From positions 1 through 10,751 of the forward strand of contig JBMFNT010000025.1 in the NCBI GenBank assembly GCA_049970015.1: a stretch of DNA of 10,751 bases, in the 5' to 3' direction. Numbering within the stretch: position 1 is the first letter of the stretch; each line of letters begins with the position of its first letter. Of this stretch, positions 1 through 8,278 are shown one piece after another. The translations under genes were made by a program, and so were the position numbers. The notes beneath the pieces were generated by a model, which was not told where the DNA came from, did not search any database, and was given only the letters and a program-made list of their open reading frames with translations. Source of the DNA: Candidatus Micrarchaeia archaeon (GTDB lineage: Archaea; Micrarchaeota; Micrarchaeia; CAILAH01).

Positions 1-88
1 CCCCCCGCGGTTGTCTTCCCAAGGAAACCGGTAGGGGGTGGAACCCCCTGCGGTTGGCTTCCCCCTCTGGTTGGCTTTGCGGTTGTCT
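1..88 (-). repeat. Nested/tandem G5-C5 hairpin modules inside the tRNA-Pro intervening sequence
   Basis: Plus strand has GCGGTTGTCT at 7-16 and 79-88 and GGTTGGCTT at 52-60 and 69-77. A complete hairpin reads AAGCCAACCGCAGGGGGT-TCC-ACCCCCTACCGGTTTCCTT on the minus strand (60..21). Positions 58-77 match 8353-8372 at 20/20 nt. Confidence 0.85.
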
Positions 89-126
89 CCCGAAGCTGGA
101 AGCATACCAGGCTAGCCCACAGCCCC
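1..126 (-). tRNA. tRNA-Pro(CGG), partial: 5' exon (positions 1-37) at 126..89, then an intron or trailer of at least 88 nt running off the window start
   Basis: Minus strand reads GGGGCTG TG GGC TAGCCTGGTAT GCT T CCAGC TT CGG G, giving acceptor 5' strand, D arm, anticodon 5' stem and CGG at 92..90. The expected A-GCTGG does not follow G37. AGACAACCGC follows instead, so the break is at the canonical 37/38 site. The 3' exon is not in the window. Confidence 0.85.
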
Positions 127-1473
127 ATATTTTTCTATAACATCAGCTATGTTGCTATTCTTTGTTAGGTTATTTCTTAAATATTTGGCACGTTTTCCTA
201 CCTCAAGCATAACTTCTTCATAAGACATATTGTTGGCCGCTGCAATCTCTTCTATTATTTTTGATTTTGCTGGGGTCATAACTGCGCAATCTGTTTTTGG
301 GTCATACTTAAATAAATGCTTTATGATGACCGTTCCTTTATTTTCCATAGGTTCGCATACTTCTATGACCCTACGCATCTCCTGCATTTTTGGACCGTTC
401 TCAAACCTGAGGAACCTCCTCTGTACAATAATCAAATCAATTGAATTGATATCTGAAGGTATAACATCATTGTACTTCAATCGTGAGATTAATTCTTTTG
501 CACTGTTCGCATGCATTGTAGCATAGCATCCTCGTGCTTGGCCAGCATTCATGCTTTCTATCATTGCAAGTATTTCATCTTTTGTCCTTACCTCACCTAT
601 TATGACACGGTCTGGCCTCATCCTGAGGCTATCTTCGATAAGGTCTTTCATCGTAATGTTCATGCTTGCAGTAGTTTTCATCTTTAGCTGATGTTTGTGC
701 GGTATTGATATTTCAGGTGTTTCTTCGAGAAGTACTATCCTCTCATTTGCTGGAACAAATGAGAATAATGCATTGAGCACAGTTGTTTTTCCTGCGGCCG
801 TATTCCCGCATATTATGACATTCTTATCATTTTGGAAAACTACCCATAGAAATGCCAGCAGTTCATAAGAATATCCTGTTTTCACCAAATCACGTATGGT
901 CAGTGGCACTTTCTTGAACTTTCTTATTGTTAGTTCCAGCTCTGACACCGGTTCTATGGTTGCATGTATCCTAGAACCATCTGGCAATACAGCATTTAAG
1001 CGCGGATTTTGTATAGTTACTCTCCTACCTATTTTTCTTCCCATTTTATTTATTATATCAATCAACACATTCCTGTCAGTGAACTTCACATTAGTTTCCA
1101 TCCATCCCTTCACCCTATCATAAACATACACAGGTTTGTTTAGTCCTATCACTGCAATCTCTTCCAGTGAATCATTCTCTAACATTTCAGTCAGTGGTCC
1201 ATATGCATATACTGTAAGATAGAGTGTTTCGGTCAAGTACTCGATTTGCTCATCATCTGCATCAATCTTGTTCGTACTGAGATGCCTCAGTAATGTGTTC
1301 CTGAGTATCTTTCTTACAGTATCGCCGTTCTCAATCACTTCATCTTTTATCACATCTCCAAACTCCTTGCATACACTCAGCACCACATCAATCTCGGCAT
1401 TACTCAGTAATCTCATACCGATTTTGTACTCAGCATCTTTTTCTAGAGTCCAACCTAAGCCATTGTTACCCAT
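112..1473 (-). CDS. Type II/IV secretion system ATPase (CpaF/TadA/VirB11 family), probable pilus assembly ATPase
   Basis: Walker A GNTAAGKTT, Asp box LLEETPEI, SLRMRPDRVIIGEVR (Walker B), His box ATMHANS, and the N-terminal YGPL..L....LEEI and LPDGSRIHA motifs. ATG at 1473 is preferred over GTG at 1503, which lies inside uppS. Confidence 0.92.
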   Translation of the reverse strand: MGNNGLGWTLEKDAEYKIGMRLLSNAEIDVVLSVCKEFGDVIKDEVIENGDTVRKILRNTLLRHLSTNKIDADDEQIEYLTETLYLTVYAYGPLTEMLENDSLEEIAVIGLNKPVYVYDRVKGWMETNVKFTDRNVLIDIINKMGRKIGRRVTIQNPRLNAVLPDGSRIHATIEPVSELELTIRKFKKVPLTIRDLVKTGYSYELLAFLWVVFQNDKNVIICGNTAAGKTTVLNALFSFVPANERIVLLEETPEISIPHKHQLKMKTTASMNITMKDLIEDSLRMRPDRVIIGEVRTKDEILAMIESMNAGQARGCYATMHANSAKELISRLKYNDVIPSDINSIDLIIVQRRFLRFENGPKMQEMRRVIEVCEPMENKGTVIIKHLFKYDPKTDCAVMTPAKSKIIEEIAAANNMSYEEVMLEVGKRAKYLRNNLTKNSNIADVIEKYGAVG

Positions 1474-1480
1474 AGCAATA

Positions 1481-2215
1481 CTACCTTCCAAACCTTCTCT
1501 CACGCAATGAATACTCAGTTATTACCTTATCAAAGTCCTCTCTTGAAAAATCCGGCCAATACTTATCCACAAAAAATAACTCACTGTACCCGCTCTGGAG
1601 TGGCATGAATCCAGACAATCTCATCTCCCCAGATGTTCTTATTATCAAATCGGGTGGAGGTATTTCACCAGTCCATAGCCGCTTTTTTATTTCTTCTTCA
1701 TTAATCTCCATGATTTTTCCGCTTTTAAAATCTAAGAGTACTTTCCTGAAGCAATCGACTATTTCTGGCACTCCACCATAGTTTAGCAGAAAATTGACAA
1801 AATATTCATCATTTTTTTCAGTCCTTCTCTCAACTTCCCTAATATACCTAACCAGCTTTTCAGGAAGATCTTCAATATCACCATAAAATCTCACCCGCAC
1901 TTTTGGATATTTATCTTCATTTCCTTTTTCTTTTTCTGCGCGGTTTAATACTTCTATCAAATTCTTCTCAAAAAGCTGCATAAGTCCCTCTACTTCTTGC
2001 TGTGTGCGGTTCCTGTTCTCTGTTGAGAAACCCCACATTGTAACCATTCTTATGTCCTTTTCTTTACACCATTTTAACAAATCCCCAATTTTCTCTATGC
2101 CTTTCTCATGTCCTTTAAGTATATCAACACCATGTTTTCGTGCCCATCTTCTGTTGCCATCTGGTATTATTGCAATATGATAAGGTATTTTTTCATTTGA
2201 AGAGTGATGAGACAT
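1481..2215 (-). CDS. uppS: Cis-prenyltransferase (undecaprenyl/polyprenyl diphosphate synthase)
   Basis: Motifs HIAIIPDGNRRWA, FSTENRNR, NYGG, PDLIIRTSGEMRLSGF, YSELFF, WPDF and RERRFGR. Start taken at the ATG at 2215. Confidence 0.96.
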   Translation of the reverse strand: MSHHSSNEKIPYHIAIIPDGNRRWARKHGVDILKGHEKGIEKIGDLLKWCKEKDIRMVTMWGFSTENRNRTQQEVEGLMQLFEKNLIEVLNRAEKEKGNEDKYPKVRVRFYGDIEDLPEKLVRYIREVERRTEKNDEYFVNFLLNYGGVPEIVDCFRKVLLDFKSGKIMEINEEEIKKRLWTGEIPPPDLIIRTSGEMRLSGFMPLQSGYSELFFVDKYWPDFSREDFDKVITEYSLRERRFGR

Positions 2216-3230
2216 AATCCATATCACCTTTTTCTTCTATATACTTGTAAAGTTTTGTGAATCTGATGAAACGCACAATACTATTTATTGTAAAGTCATC
2301 TAATAAGTTATACACCTCCCTGAGATACATATGGAGTTTTAATTCTTTTATAGTTTTTGCAATCATTCTTTCATAGTCGCTGATACAGTTATCAGCTATG
2401 CATTTTGCGGCCATTTTTGCAGAAAGTGTTGAGTAATACACCCCGCCACCGCTTGTTGCCTTGGCAAAGCCTCCTGCATCACCCACTAGTAATACATTAC
2501 TTTTTTGCAATCTTGCGCGTATTCCCAATGGGATCATTCCACCAAACTTGTGTTCTGTCTTATAATTTTCCCTTATTTCTGCCCATTCCATAAACTTTTT
2601 CATTATTCCGCCTATGGGTATGTTCTTGCTGGCACCGAATCCTATGATTGCCTTACCATCGCACACTGGTACGACCCATCCAAAAAAGCCTGGAAAAAGC
2701 TTTTGAGACAAATATACATTTACCATATTGTCATTTACAATATCTTTGTGAGAGATTATTTCTTGATACCCGCGTGCAAATTTCCGTATTTTCGGGAATC
2801 CCTCTATTTCAGCAATAGTTGAGTTTGCGCCATCTGCCCCGATAATTACCTCTGCCATATATTGTTTTTTTGATGATATGCGTACTCCTGTTTTTATAAT
2901 AGCGCCCGCATTTTCCGCATTCTCGGAATATATTATGTCAAGCAGTGATCTGTCAACTAGATATGCTTGTACATCCTTTCTCTTAACGATTATCTCCTCA
3001 CCATCAGGTGCAATTATTCTTGCTCCATAAAATCTGTTCAATATTGCTTTTCTATAATCAAACCCACTCTCAATAAGCCCGCGCGTGGATACCACTCCAG
3101 TACAATGAGATGGGAACCCAATTCTTGCATCTTCCTCGCTGACAATGACACTGAGCCCGCTTTTTGCCAGCTGGTATGCAGCTACGGACCCACTTACTCC
3201 CCCTCCTATTATGTGGATATCATATTTCAT
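2193..3230 (-). CDS. Geranylgeranyl reductase family FAD-dependent oxidoreductase
   Basis: N-terminal dinucleotide fold IIGGGVSGS, conserved Cys in SHCTG, DRSLLD, IIGADGANS, FFGWVVP and LVGDAGG...SGGGV. Adjacent to uppS. Confidence 0.88.
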   Translation of the reverse strand: MKYDIHIIGGGVSGSVAAYQLAKSGLSVIVSEEDARIGFPSHCTGVVSTRGLIESGFDYRKAILNRFYGARIIAPDGEEIIVKRKDVQAYLVDRSLLDIIYSENAENAGAIIKTGVRISSKKQYMAEVIIGADGANSTIAEIEGFPKIRKFARGYQEIISHKDIVNDNMVNVYLSQKLFPGFFGWVVPVCDGKAIIGFGASKNIPIGGIMKKFMEWAEIRENYKTEHKFGGMIPLGIRARLQKSNVLLVGDAGGFAKATSGGGVYYSTLSAKMAAKCIADNCISDYERMIAKTIKELKLHMYLREVYNLLDDFTINSIVRFIRFTKLYKYIEEKGDMDYVSSLFK

Positions 3231-3249
3231 GCTAACACTGCAATAATTT

Positions 3250-3268
3250 TACTCATATTTAAGTGCAC
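3250..3268 (-). promoter_or_regulatory. Putative TATA box for the geranylgeranyl reductase gene (likely leaderless mRNA)
   Basis: Minus-strand TTAAATA at about 3262..3256, roughly 25 nt upstream of the ATG at 3230, with no Shine-Dalgarno motif. Confidence 0.45.
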
Positions 3269-3289
3269 ACAGTTTATCAAAGCAATGAT

Positions 3290-4201
3290 CTAATTTTCAT
3301 ATTTTAGCAATGTATAGCAGTTTTCAGGGTTTGCTATTTGTCCTGCGGCCACAAGCTTGATATATCCAAGGAATGGTAGTACGAGCACAGACCTACCGAG
3401 TATCTGTCCTTCATCTGCAATGTCGTTTGTTTGTCTGAGTGTTGTATCAAACATCTGAACATCAAACATATTATTGTTATCACCTTTTATAAGATAATAT
3501 CGCTTATCCTCAACATTAATCTTCACAATTGCCCTGTGTATTATATCACCAGTGGATGCAAACACATCCGTGGTCTTAGGCCGGTATACTATTATATCTC
3601 CTTCTTTTTTTGACACATTCACATAAGTATCTTTTATCCATACCCCGCGCACACAAGGTATTTGCCTTTCCTTGCCATAAGCTTCCTGAGTGCAGACACT
3701 GCATTCATAATTGAGTATTTTTCCTGCAGCGCGTGCCCCAGTGTATGGATTTATGGCACACGTAGTATATCCGTTATCCTCTTGCTTGCAATATCCACAT
3801 ACATAATGAATCTCATTACTTCCGACCATCTCATCGAACTCTTTCTTTGTCAGGTTGACTTCTGCTGTGTTTATATTCTGCCCTCCTACAAGTACTACAA
3901 CATCCCCTCTCTGAAGCGTGTTCAGCATGCTGCATGACACCACTGCATTGAATGGTGATGGTGTATTCAGGAGGATTGATGCACCAAACCATAGTACAAG
4001 CGCTGCACATATCGCAATCAATACCTCTTTCAATTCGTGCTTTACTCCCTTTTCTTTTGCACTTAACATGCTCTCAAACACCACTCCCGTTATGAAGAGC
4101 AATGCTGAAACAATGGCAAGCAGATCTATCCGAAGTATTATGAATGCTATGGCGATTATGAGCGCTGTAATGTATATCTCGCGATGAGTTATCTTTTCCA
4201 T
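3290..4201 (-). CDS. Signal peptidase I (archaeal/Sec11-type S26B) with extra N-terminal TM helices and a Cys-rich insertion
   Basis: Catalytic Ser box VVSCSM..TLQRGDVV after a TM helix, GDIIVY, His box IIHR, KGDNN..D and G+..++P.LGY motifs. ATG at 4201 lies directly after the DUF99 stop. Confidence 0.9.
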   Translation of the reverse strand: MEKITHREIYITALIIAIAFIILRIDLLAIVSALLFITGVVFESMLSAKEKGVKHELKEVLIAICAALVLWFGASILLNTPSPFNAVVSCSMLNTLQRGDVVVLVGGQNINTAEVNLTKKEFDEMVGSNEIHYVCGYCKQEDNGYTTCAINPYTGARAAGKILNYECSVCTQEAYGKERQIPCVRGVWIKDTYVNVSKKEGDIIVYRPKTTDVFASTGDIIHRAIVKINVEDKRYYLIKGDNNNMFDVQMFDTTLRQTNDIADEGQILGRSVLVLPFLGYIKLVAAGQIANPENCYTLLKYEN

Positions 4202-4202
4202 A

Positions 4203-4703
4203 CTATACCGCCACACGTGCGATCAAGTGTGCTGTTTGTACTGGGGTATCCCCTATTTCTTTTACGATTGCCTTAACCTCATTGTGTGAGATGCCTGAAT
4301 AGCACACAAAATACTTGTCAATCTTTTCCATATCTTTTACCAGCCCAACACGTGAGGGATGCTTGCGAGCCAGCAACCGTTTTAATTCATCCCCATTAAC
4401 CTTGTTTCGTGTTATACATACAACTGGACACCTCAGTCTTGAGCTAACCTTGTCTATGTCAACGATATTAAGCCCACCTACAGTTATACTATGTATCATT
4501 ATTAACTTCCCTTGCGATTCATATTTTTTGCACAACATTTCAATTATGCTATCGGTTGAGTCATCTCCATCCACCGATACTTCAGACCTAAGGACATCCT
4601 CAATTTTATTGTAGCGCATCACCACTCCTATGATTGCAACTTTCTTATTACCTCTCCTGAACGGCGCATCATCTATTCCGATTATTCTTATGCCTGGCTT
4701 CAT
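4203..4703 (-). CDS. DUF99 family protein (endonuclease V-like / endonuclease dU)
   Basis: Motifs IRIIGIDDAPF, IIGVVMR, VDGDDST, ITVGGLNIVDI and AHLIA. Position next to rpoL and csl4 is familiar in archaea. Confidence 0.88.
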   Translation of the reverse strand: MKPGIRIIGIDDAPFRRGNKKVAIIGVVMRYNKIEDVLRSEVSVDGDDSTDSIIEMLCKKYESQGKLIMIHSITVGGLNIVDIDKVSSRLRCPVVCITRNKVNGDELKRLLARKHPSRVGLVKDMEKIDKYFVCYSGISHNEVKAIVKEIGDTPVQTAHLIARVAV

Positions 4704-4704
4704 G

Positions 4705-4971
4705 CTACTTATCGGCCTCTTCCTTCATTTCAGATAATGTAGCGATCACGCTCTCAAATGCATCTTTCAAAACTTCCCGTGCATCTTTTTTGTTTGTTTT
4801 TAGCACAAGTTTAGGGTTGTCTCGCTCTGGATGTCCTGTTACATAGGTTACAAAATCTACGTTTCTATCCTTTAATAATACTTCTTTCAGCAATGAAGGA
4901 ATAGTAATATCCTCCCCTTCAAACTCCACTTCTATATGGTTTTTTTCGTTCACAACATATTTCAAGGTCAT
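4705..4971 (-). CDS. rpoL: DNA-directed RNA polymerase subunit L (Rpo11)
   Basis: 88 aa with EGED.T+..LL, VDFVTY..GHP and P.L.+KT motifs. The start forms an ATGA overlap with the csl4 stop and has SD GAGGTGA upstream. Confidence 0.92.
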   Translation of the reverse strand: MTLKYVVNEKNHIEVEFEGEDITIPSLLKEVLLKDRNVDFVTYVTGHPERDNPKLVLKTNKKDAREVLKDAFESVIATLSEMKEEADK

Positions 4972-5537
4972 TTTATCACCTCTAGGTATGGCTTGCCAAG
5001 CGAGCGCTTTTCGGTCCGACCACATTTCAAGCATACGAGCTTATTATCTTTAAGTTTGAGAGGTATCCTACACTTTGTGCAGAACGCTTTTATTACACCT
5101 AGATCTGCACCTTTTATGGACACATCTATTGCAGTGCCTTTTATTTTTGAAACCTTAACCTTGACAATGTCCCCGGCGCGTACTATCTCTTTCATACTTT
5201 TTACGAATATGCCAGGGCTTTTTGCATCTTCAATTCTCATCATTGCATATGTATCTGGCAGGTTACGTCTGCCGGTGGATCTATCATAATCCAGTGTTAT
5301 CGCAGCAGCAGTATCTGTAACCTCTTCAACAAATCCATAAAATTCCATTCCAACCTTAGGTTCTTCAGGCATTGCAAAGACAGGTTTCACATCTATTATT
5401 CTCTGCTTATTATCTACTAACTTCTTGCCAAAGACCTTAGACCTTACGACTTCATTTTCAACATACGTGGCACTACCTGCCCCGTATTCAATCTCACTCC
5501 CGAGGTCATCTCCCGGGTAGCAAATATCATCTTCCAT
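4968..5537 (-). CDS. csl4: Exosome complex RNA-binding protein Csl4
   Basis: N-terminal PGD.LG...EY..G..TY, S1 domain (GDIVKVKV), DLGVIKAFC..C and C-terminal zinc ribbon CLKCGRTEKR. Directly upstream of rpoL. Confidence 0.94.
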   Translation of the reverse strand: MEDDICYPGDDLGSEIEYGAGSATYVENEVVRSKVFGKKLVDNKQRIIDVKPVFAMPEEPKVGMEFYGFVEEVTDTAAAITLDYDRSTGRRNLPDTYAMMRIEDAKSPGIFVKSMKEIVRAGDIVKVKVSKIKGTAIDVSIKGADLGVIKAFCTKCRIPLKLKDNKLVCLKCGRTEKRSLGKPYLEVIK

Positions 5538-5589
5538 GCACTCTTTTAAAGTTATTAAGTTTAAAAGTTTTTAAACTACACGTTTAACA
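5538..5589. promoter_or_regulatory. 52-bp divergent promoter region with overlapping TATA-like boxes
   Basis: Very AT-rich gap between the divergent ATGs at 5537 and 5590, with several TTTAAA/TTAATAA boxes and an inverted repeat CTTTTAAA (5543-5550) / TTTAAAAG (5560-5567). Confidence 0.55.
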
Positions 5590-6807
5590 ATGCCAAGGAA
5601 AATACTAATATTGTGCATTGATAGGGATGCAGATCTAAAGGAAAAGGTAGGTATAAGCGGCCCAATAGTAGGTAGGGCAAGAAACTTAGATGTTGCCAAC
5701 AAGCTGCTCCTTAAAGACCCAGAGGAAGTTGATGGAAACACAATATTTGAAGCCATCAAGCTTTTTGATGAAATGAAATTGCATGGTGAAGATGTGGCGG
5801 TTGCAACACTTACTGGTGACATTTCACGGAGTTATACAGCAGACCGTGAGATTGCAGATCAGCTTGACAGGGTACTATCAGAGTTTCCTGCAGAATCATG
5901 TATATTTGTGAGCGATGGTGCTGATGATGAGCAGATTCTTCCCCTTATCAATTCACGGATGAAGATTGATGGTGTCAGACAGATCTCCATGAAACAGTCA
6001 AAGGAACTGGAGCGCACATATTTTTTGATACTTGATAAGTTAAAGGAGCCATATTTTGCACGCCTGTTCATAGGTATGCCTGCACTCATTCTACTAGGTC
6101 TTGTGGCGAGTTATTATCTGGGTTTTGAGTGGAAGCCCGTTGCAGCAATTCTTGGAATCTATCTGCTTGCAAAGGGATTTGGGATAGAAGAGCGCGTTAT
6201 CTATGTGCTTTCCCATTTCAGGTTTAGTGCGGAGCAGATAAGTTCAATAACATACTTGATTTCACTGCCATTGTTCCTGCTTGCATTATGGCTGGCAGTT
6301 GACGAATACATAAAAAGTAGTATTACTTTTGATGTACTAAAGTCGCTGGGGTATTCGCTCAAAAGTTTCATAATATTTCTTATGCCACCATTATTTCTTG
6401 TTTATCTTGGGAGGATATATGACAGCCTACGGACTTCTAACAACCTGGCATTGCTGCGGTTTTTGTTTTATATGATGCTAACTGTGATAATGATTTACAT
6501 ATCACTGATGTTTGTGGGATGGGTTGTTGCAGATGTGCATTTTGCTGATTTGGTTAATGCTATTGTAATTACCGTTTTGTTTGCAGTAATACTGATTGAA
6601 GCAACGCACTACCTAAAGCGTGGCATGATTAGGGGCAGTGACTTGTTAGGCAAAGAGGTATATTCGTCATCTGGAAGCTACCTTGGTACTATAGTCAGTG
6701 TAAATGATGATGACAAGTCTTTTGTTTATATTAACCCTTGGAAGAAGAGACAGGTTATAGATTATGGCATGATTAAGGAGATTGATATAAGGGTTACCTT
6801 AATGTAG
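5590..6807 (+). CDS. DUF373 family membrane protein with a C-terminal PRC-barrel-like domain
   Basis: Motifs LILCIDRDADL..K.G...PIVG, DPEEVDGN, FVSDGADDE and KQS..LE.TY, then multiple TM helices. The tail DLLGKEVYSSSGSYLGTI matches the PRC-barrel pattern. Confidence 0.88.
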   Translation: MPRKILILCIDRDADLKEKVGISGPIVGRARNLDVANKLLLKDPEEVDGNTIFEAIKLFDEMKLHGEDVAVATLTGDISRSYTADREIADQLDRVLSEFPAESCIFVSDGADDEQILPLINSRMKIDGVRQISMKQSKELERTYFLILDKLKEPYFARLFIGMPALILLGLVASYYLGFEWKPVAAILGIYLLAKGFGIEERVIYVLSHFRFSAEQISSITYLISLPLFLLALWLAVDEYIKSSITFDVLKSLGYSLKSFIIFLMPPLFLVYLGRIYDSLRTSNNLALLRFLFYMMLTVIMIYISLMFVGWVVADVHFADLVNAIVITVLFAVILIEATHYLKRGMIRGSDLLGKEVYSSSGSYLGTIVSVNDDDKSFVYINPWKKRQVIDYGMIKEIDIRVTLM

Positions 6808-6815
6808 GTGAGGAT

Positions 6816-7268
6816 GTGATTCCGGAATCACAGTATATAGAAAATGTTATATTGGTCCGTGACATGCGGCTTATGGATGAAGTCACCATGACAAAGGCAT
6901 CGCTTATAAGATGGCTCGCGCTTGCGCTTGGCCTGATAAATTCCAATGAGTCCAGAAAATCTCTGCTTGATCTTATTGAGATTTTGTTTGCTGTACAGCT
7001 TGGTGAAGGCAGAGGGATTACAGTGGAAGAGATTATGGACCGGTTGAAAAGGCAAGGCAAGAGGTGCAGCGAGAAAACCATCCGTTATCACCTGCTTAGG
7101 CTTGAAAGGAGGGGTGTTGTTCGTCGCAAGCTTAAGGAATATTCGTTTGTGGAATCCGATGTTGGCAATGGTGGAGTAGAGGCGATAATTGATGCTTATG
7201 ACAGGAGGTATAACAATTCGATGTTCAAGATACGCACAGCATTGTCAAAGCTCAAAGGCATGTATTGA
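6816..7268 (+). CDS. Winged helix-turn-helix domain protein, putative transcriptional regulator
   Basis: ITVEEIMDRL...SEKTIRYHLLRLERRGVV fits a wHTH pattern. GTG start with SD GGTGA (6807-6811) four nt upstream. Confidence 0.75.
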   Translation: MIPESQYIENVILVRDMRLMDEVTMTKASLIRWLALALGLINSNESRKSLLDLIEILFAVQLGEGRGITVEEIMDRLKRQGKRCSEKTIRYHLLRLERRGVVRRKLKEYSFVESDVGNGGVEAIIDAYDRRYNNSMFKIRTALSKLKGMY

Positions 7269-7282
7269 TTTAAGGTAATGTA

Positions 7283-8227
7283 ATGGTAAAAAGAAAGGTT
7301 TTTGTTACAGGTGCATCTGGTAGATTGGGTAAGTATGTGGTTGATCTGCTCATTGCAAACGATTATGAAGTTATTGCACTAAGCAGGCACGGGAATATTG
7401 AAGGATGCAGGACAATAATTGGGGATGTTTTTGATTTTGATTATTCCCAAGTGAAAGGATGTGATTTTGCAGTGCATCTTGCTGCAATTACTGATATGTC
7501 AAGGCAGTACAAAGACATGTACATGGTTAATGTGGAAGGGTCAAAGAGTGTTTTTGAAAGGTGTGCTGGGGCAGGTGTAGGTCACATCATACATATGAGT
7601 TCAATATCTGTTTATGGTAAAAAAGATAATAAGAATATTACTGAGGATACACCACCCATGCCAGACACTCATTATGCAAGAACTAAGTATGCAGCCGAAA
7701 AGATTGCAATGAGTTACCCAGGGAAAGTATGCATCTTACGCCCATCGATCATATATGGTCCCGGGTTTAATCAAGGGTTTTATGAGGCATACAGGAGGAT
7801 TGTAGATGGTAATATGTTTATAGTAGGTGATGGTAAGAACCATGTGCCTCTAGTACATGCACGTGATGTTGCCAATGCCGTGGTTCTCTCAATTGCTAAG
7901 CGAGCAGAAGGTGTTTATAATATAAATAATGATGATGAGATGACGCAGAAAGAGTTGATAGAATATGTTGCGTCTCTGGTTAATATTAGAAAAACAAAAT
8001 TTATGTATTTGACCAAGTTTATTGCACGACCACTTCTTGGAATGTATAATTTTTATCGTATGGTTAGGAGCAAGCAGCCCATCCCTTACGAATTTGTTGA
8101 AATGCTTTCAACTGATAGGATAGTGAAGTGTGATAAGGCGCGCAAAATACTTGGTTTTGAAAATATGGTTGGACTTAAGGAAGGAATAAAAGAATTTGTT
8201 CATTACTTGGCCAGCCTCGGAAATTGA
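7283..8227 (+). CDS. NAD-dependent epimerase/dehydratase (extended SDR family)
   Basis: Motifs VTGASGRLG, VHLAA, NVEGS, SSISVYG, catalytic YxxxK (YARTK), LRPSIIYGP and VHARDVA. Confidence 0.92.
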   Translation: MVKRKVFVTGASGRLGKYVVDLLIANDYEVIALSRHGNIEGCRTIIGDVFDFDYSQVKGCDFAVHLAAITDMSRQYKDMYMVNVEGSKSVFERCAGAGVGHIIHMSSISVYGKKDNKNITEDTPPMPDTHYARTKYAAEKIAMSYPGKVCILRPSIIYGPGFNQGFYEAYRRIVDGNMFIVGDGKNHVPLVHARDVANAVVLSIAKRAEGVYNINNDDEMTQKELIEYVASLVNIRKTKFMYLTKFIARPLLGMYNFYRMVRSKQPIPYEFVEMLSTDRIVKCDKARKILGFENMVGLKEGIKEFVHYLASLGN

Positions 8228-8242
8228 TTACTTAGTTAATAA

Positions 8243-8278
8243 TGGGCCTGCGCGGAATTGAACCGCGGATCTCTCGCG
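8243..8278 (-). tRNA. Orphan tRNA 3' half (positions 38-73), most likely tRNA-Val (YAC), preceded by a BHB-type 3' splice site
   Basis: Minus strand reads C GCGAG AGATC CGCGG TTCAATT CCGCG CAGGCCC A, with a perfect T arm and discriminator A, preceded by TGAG-AA^C. It needs a 5' half GGGCCTG...CTCGC that is absent from the window. The amino-acid identity is an inference. Confidence 0.75.

Noticed and set aside
1..88. CRISPR array
   Set aside because: The units are irregular and nested, lack unique spacers of constant length, lie inside a tRNA, and there are no cas genes in the window.
89..126. The Pro 5' half as trans-splicing partner of the orphan 3' half at 8243-8278
   Set aside because: Pro needs GCTGG and CAGCCCC, but the orphan has GCGAG and CAGGCCC.
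8243..8278. Orphan 3' tRNA fragment as the att site of an integrated virus or plasmid
   Set aside because: There is no integrase in the window, the flanking genes look chromosomal, and the fragment starts at a splice-like junction. It is not fully excluded without the rest of the genome.
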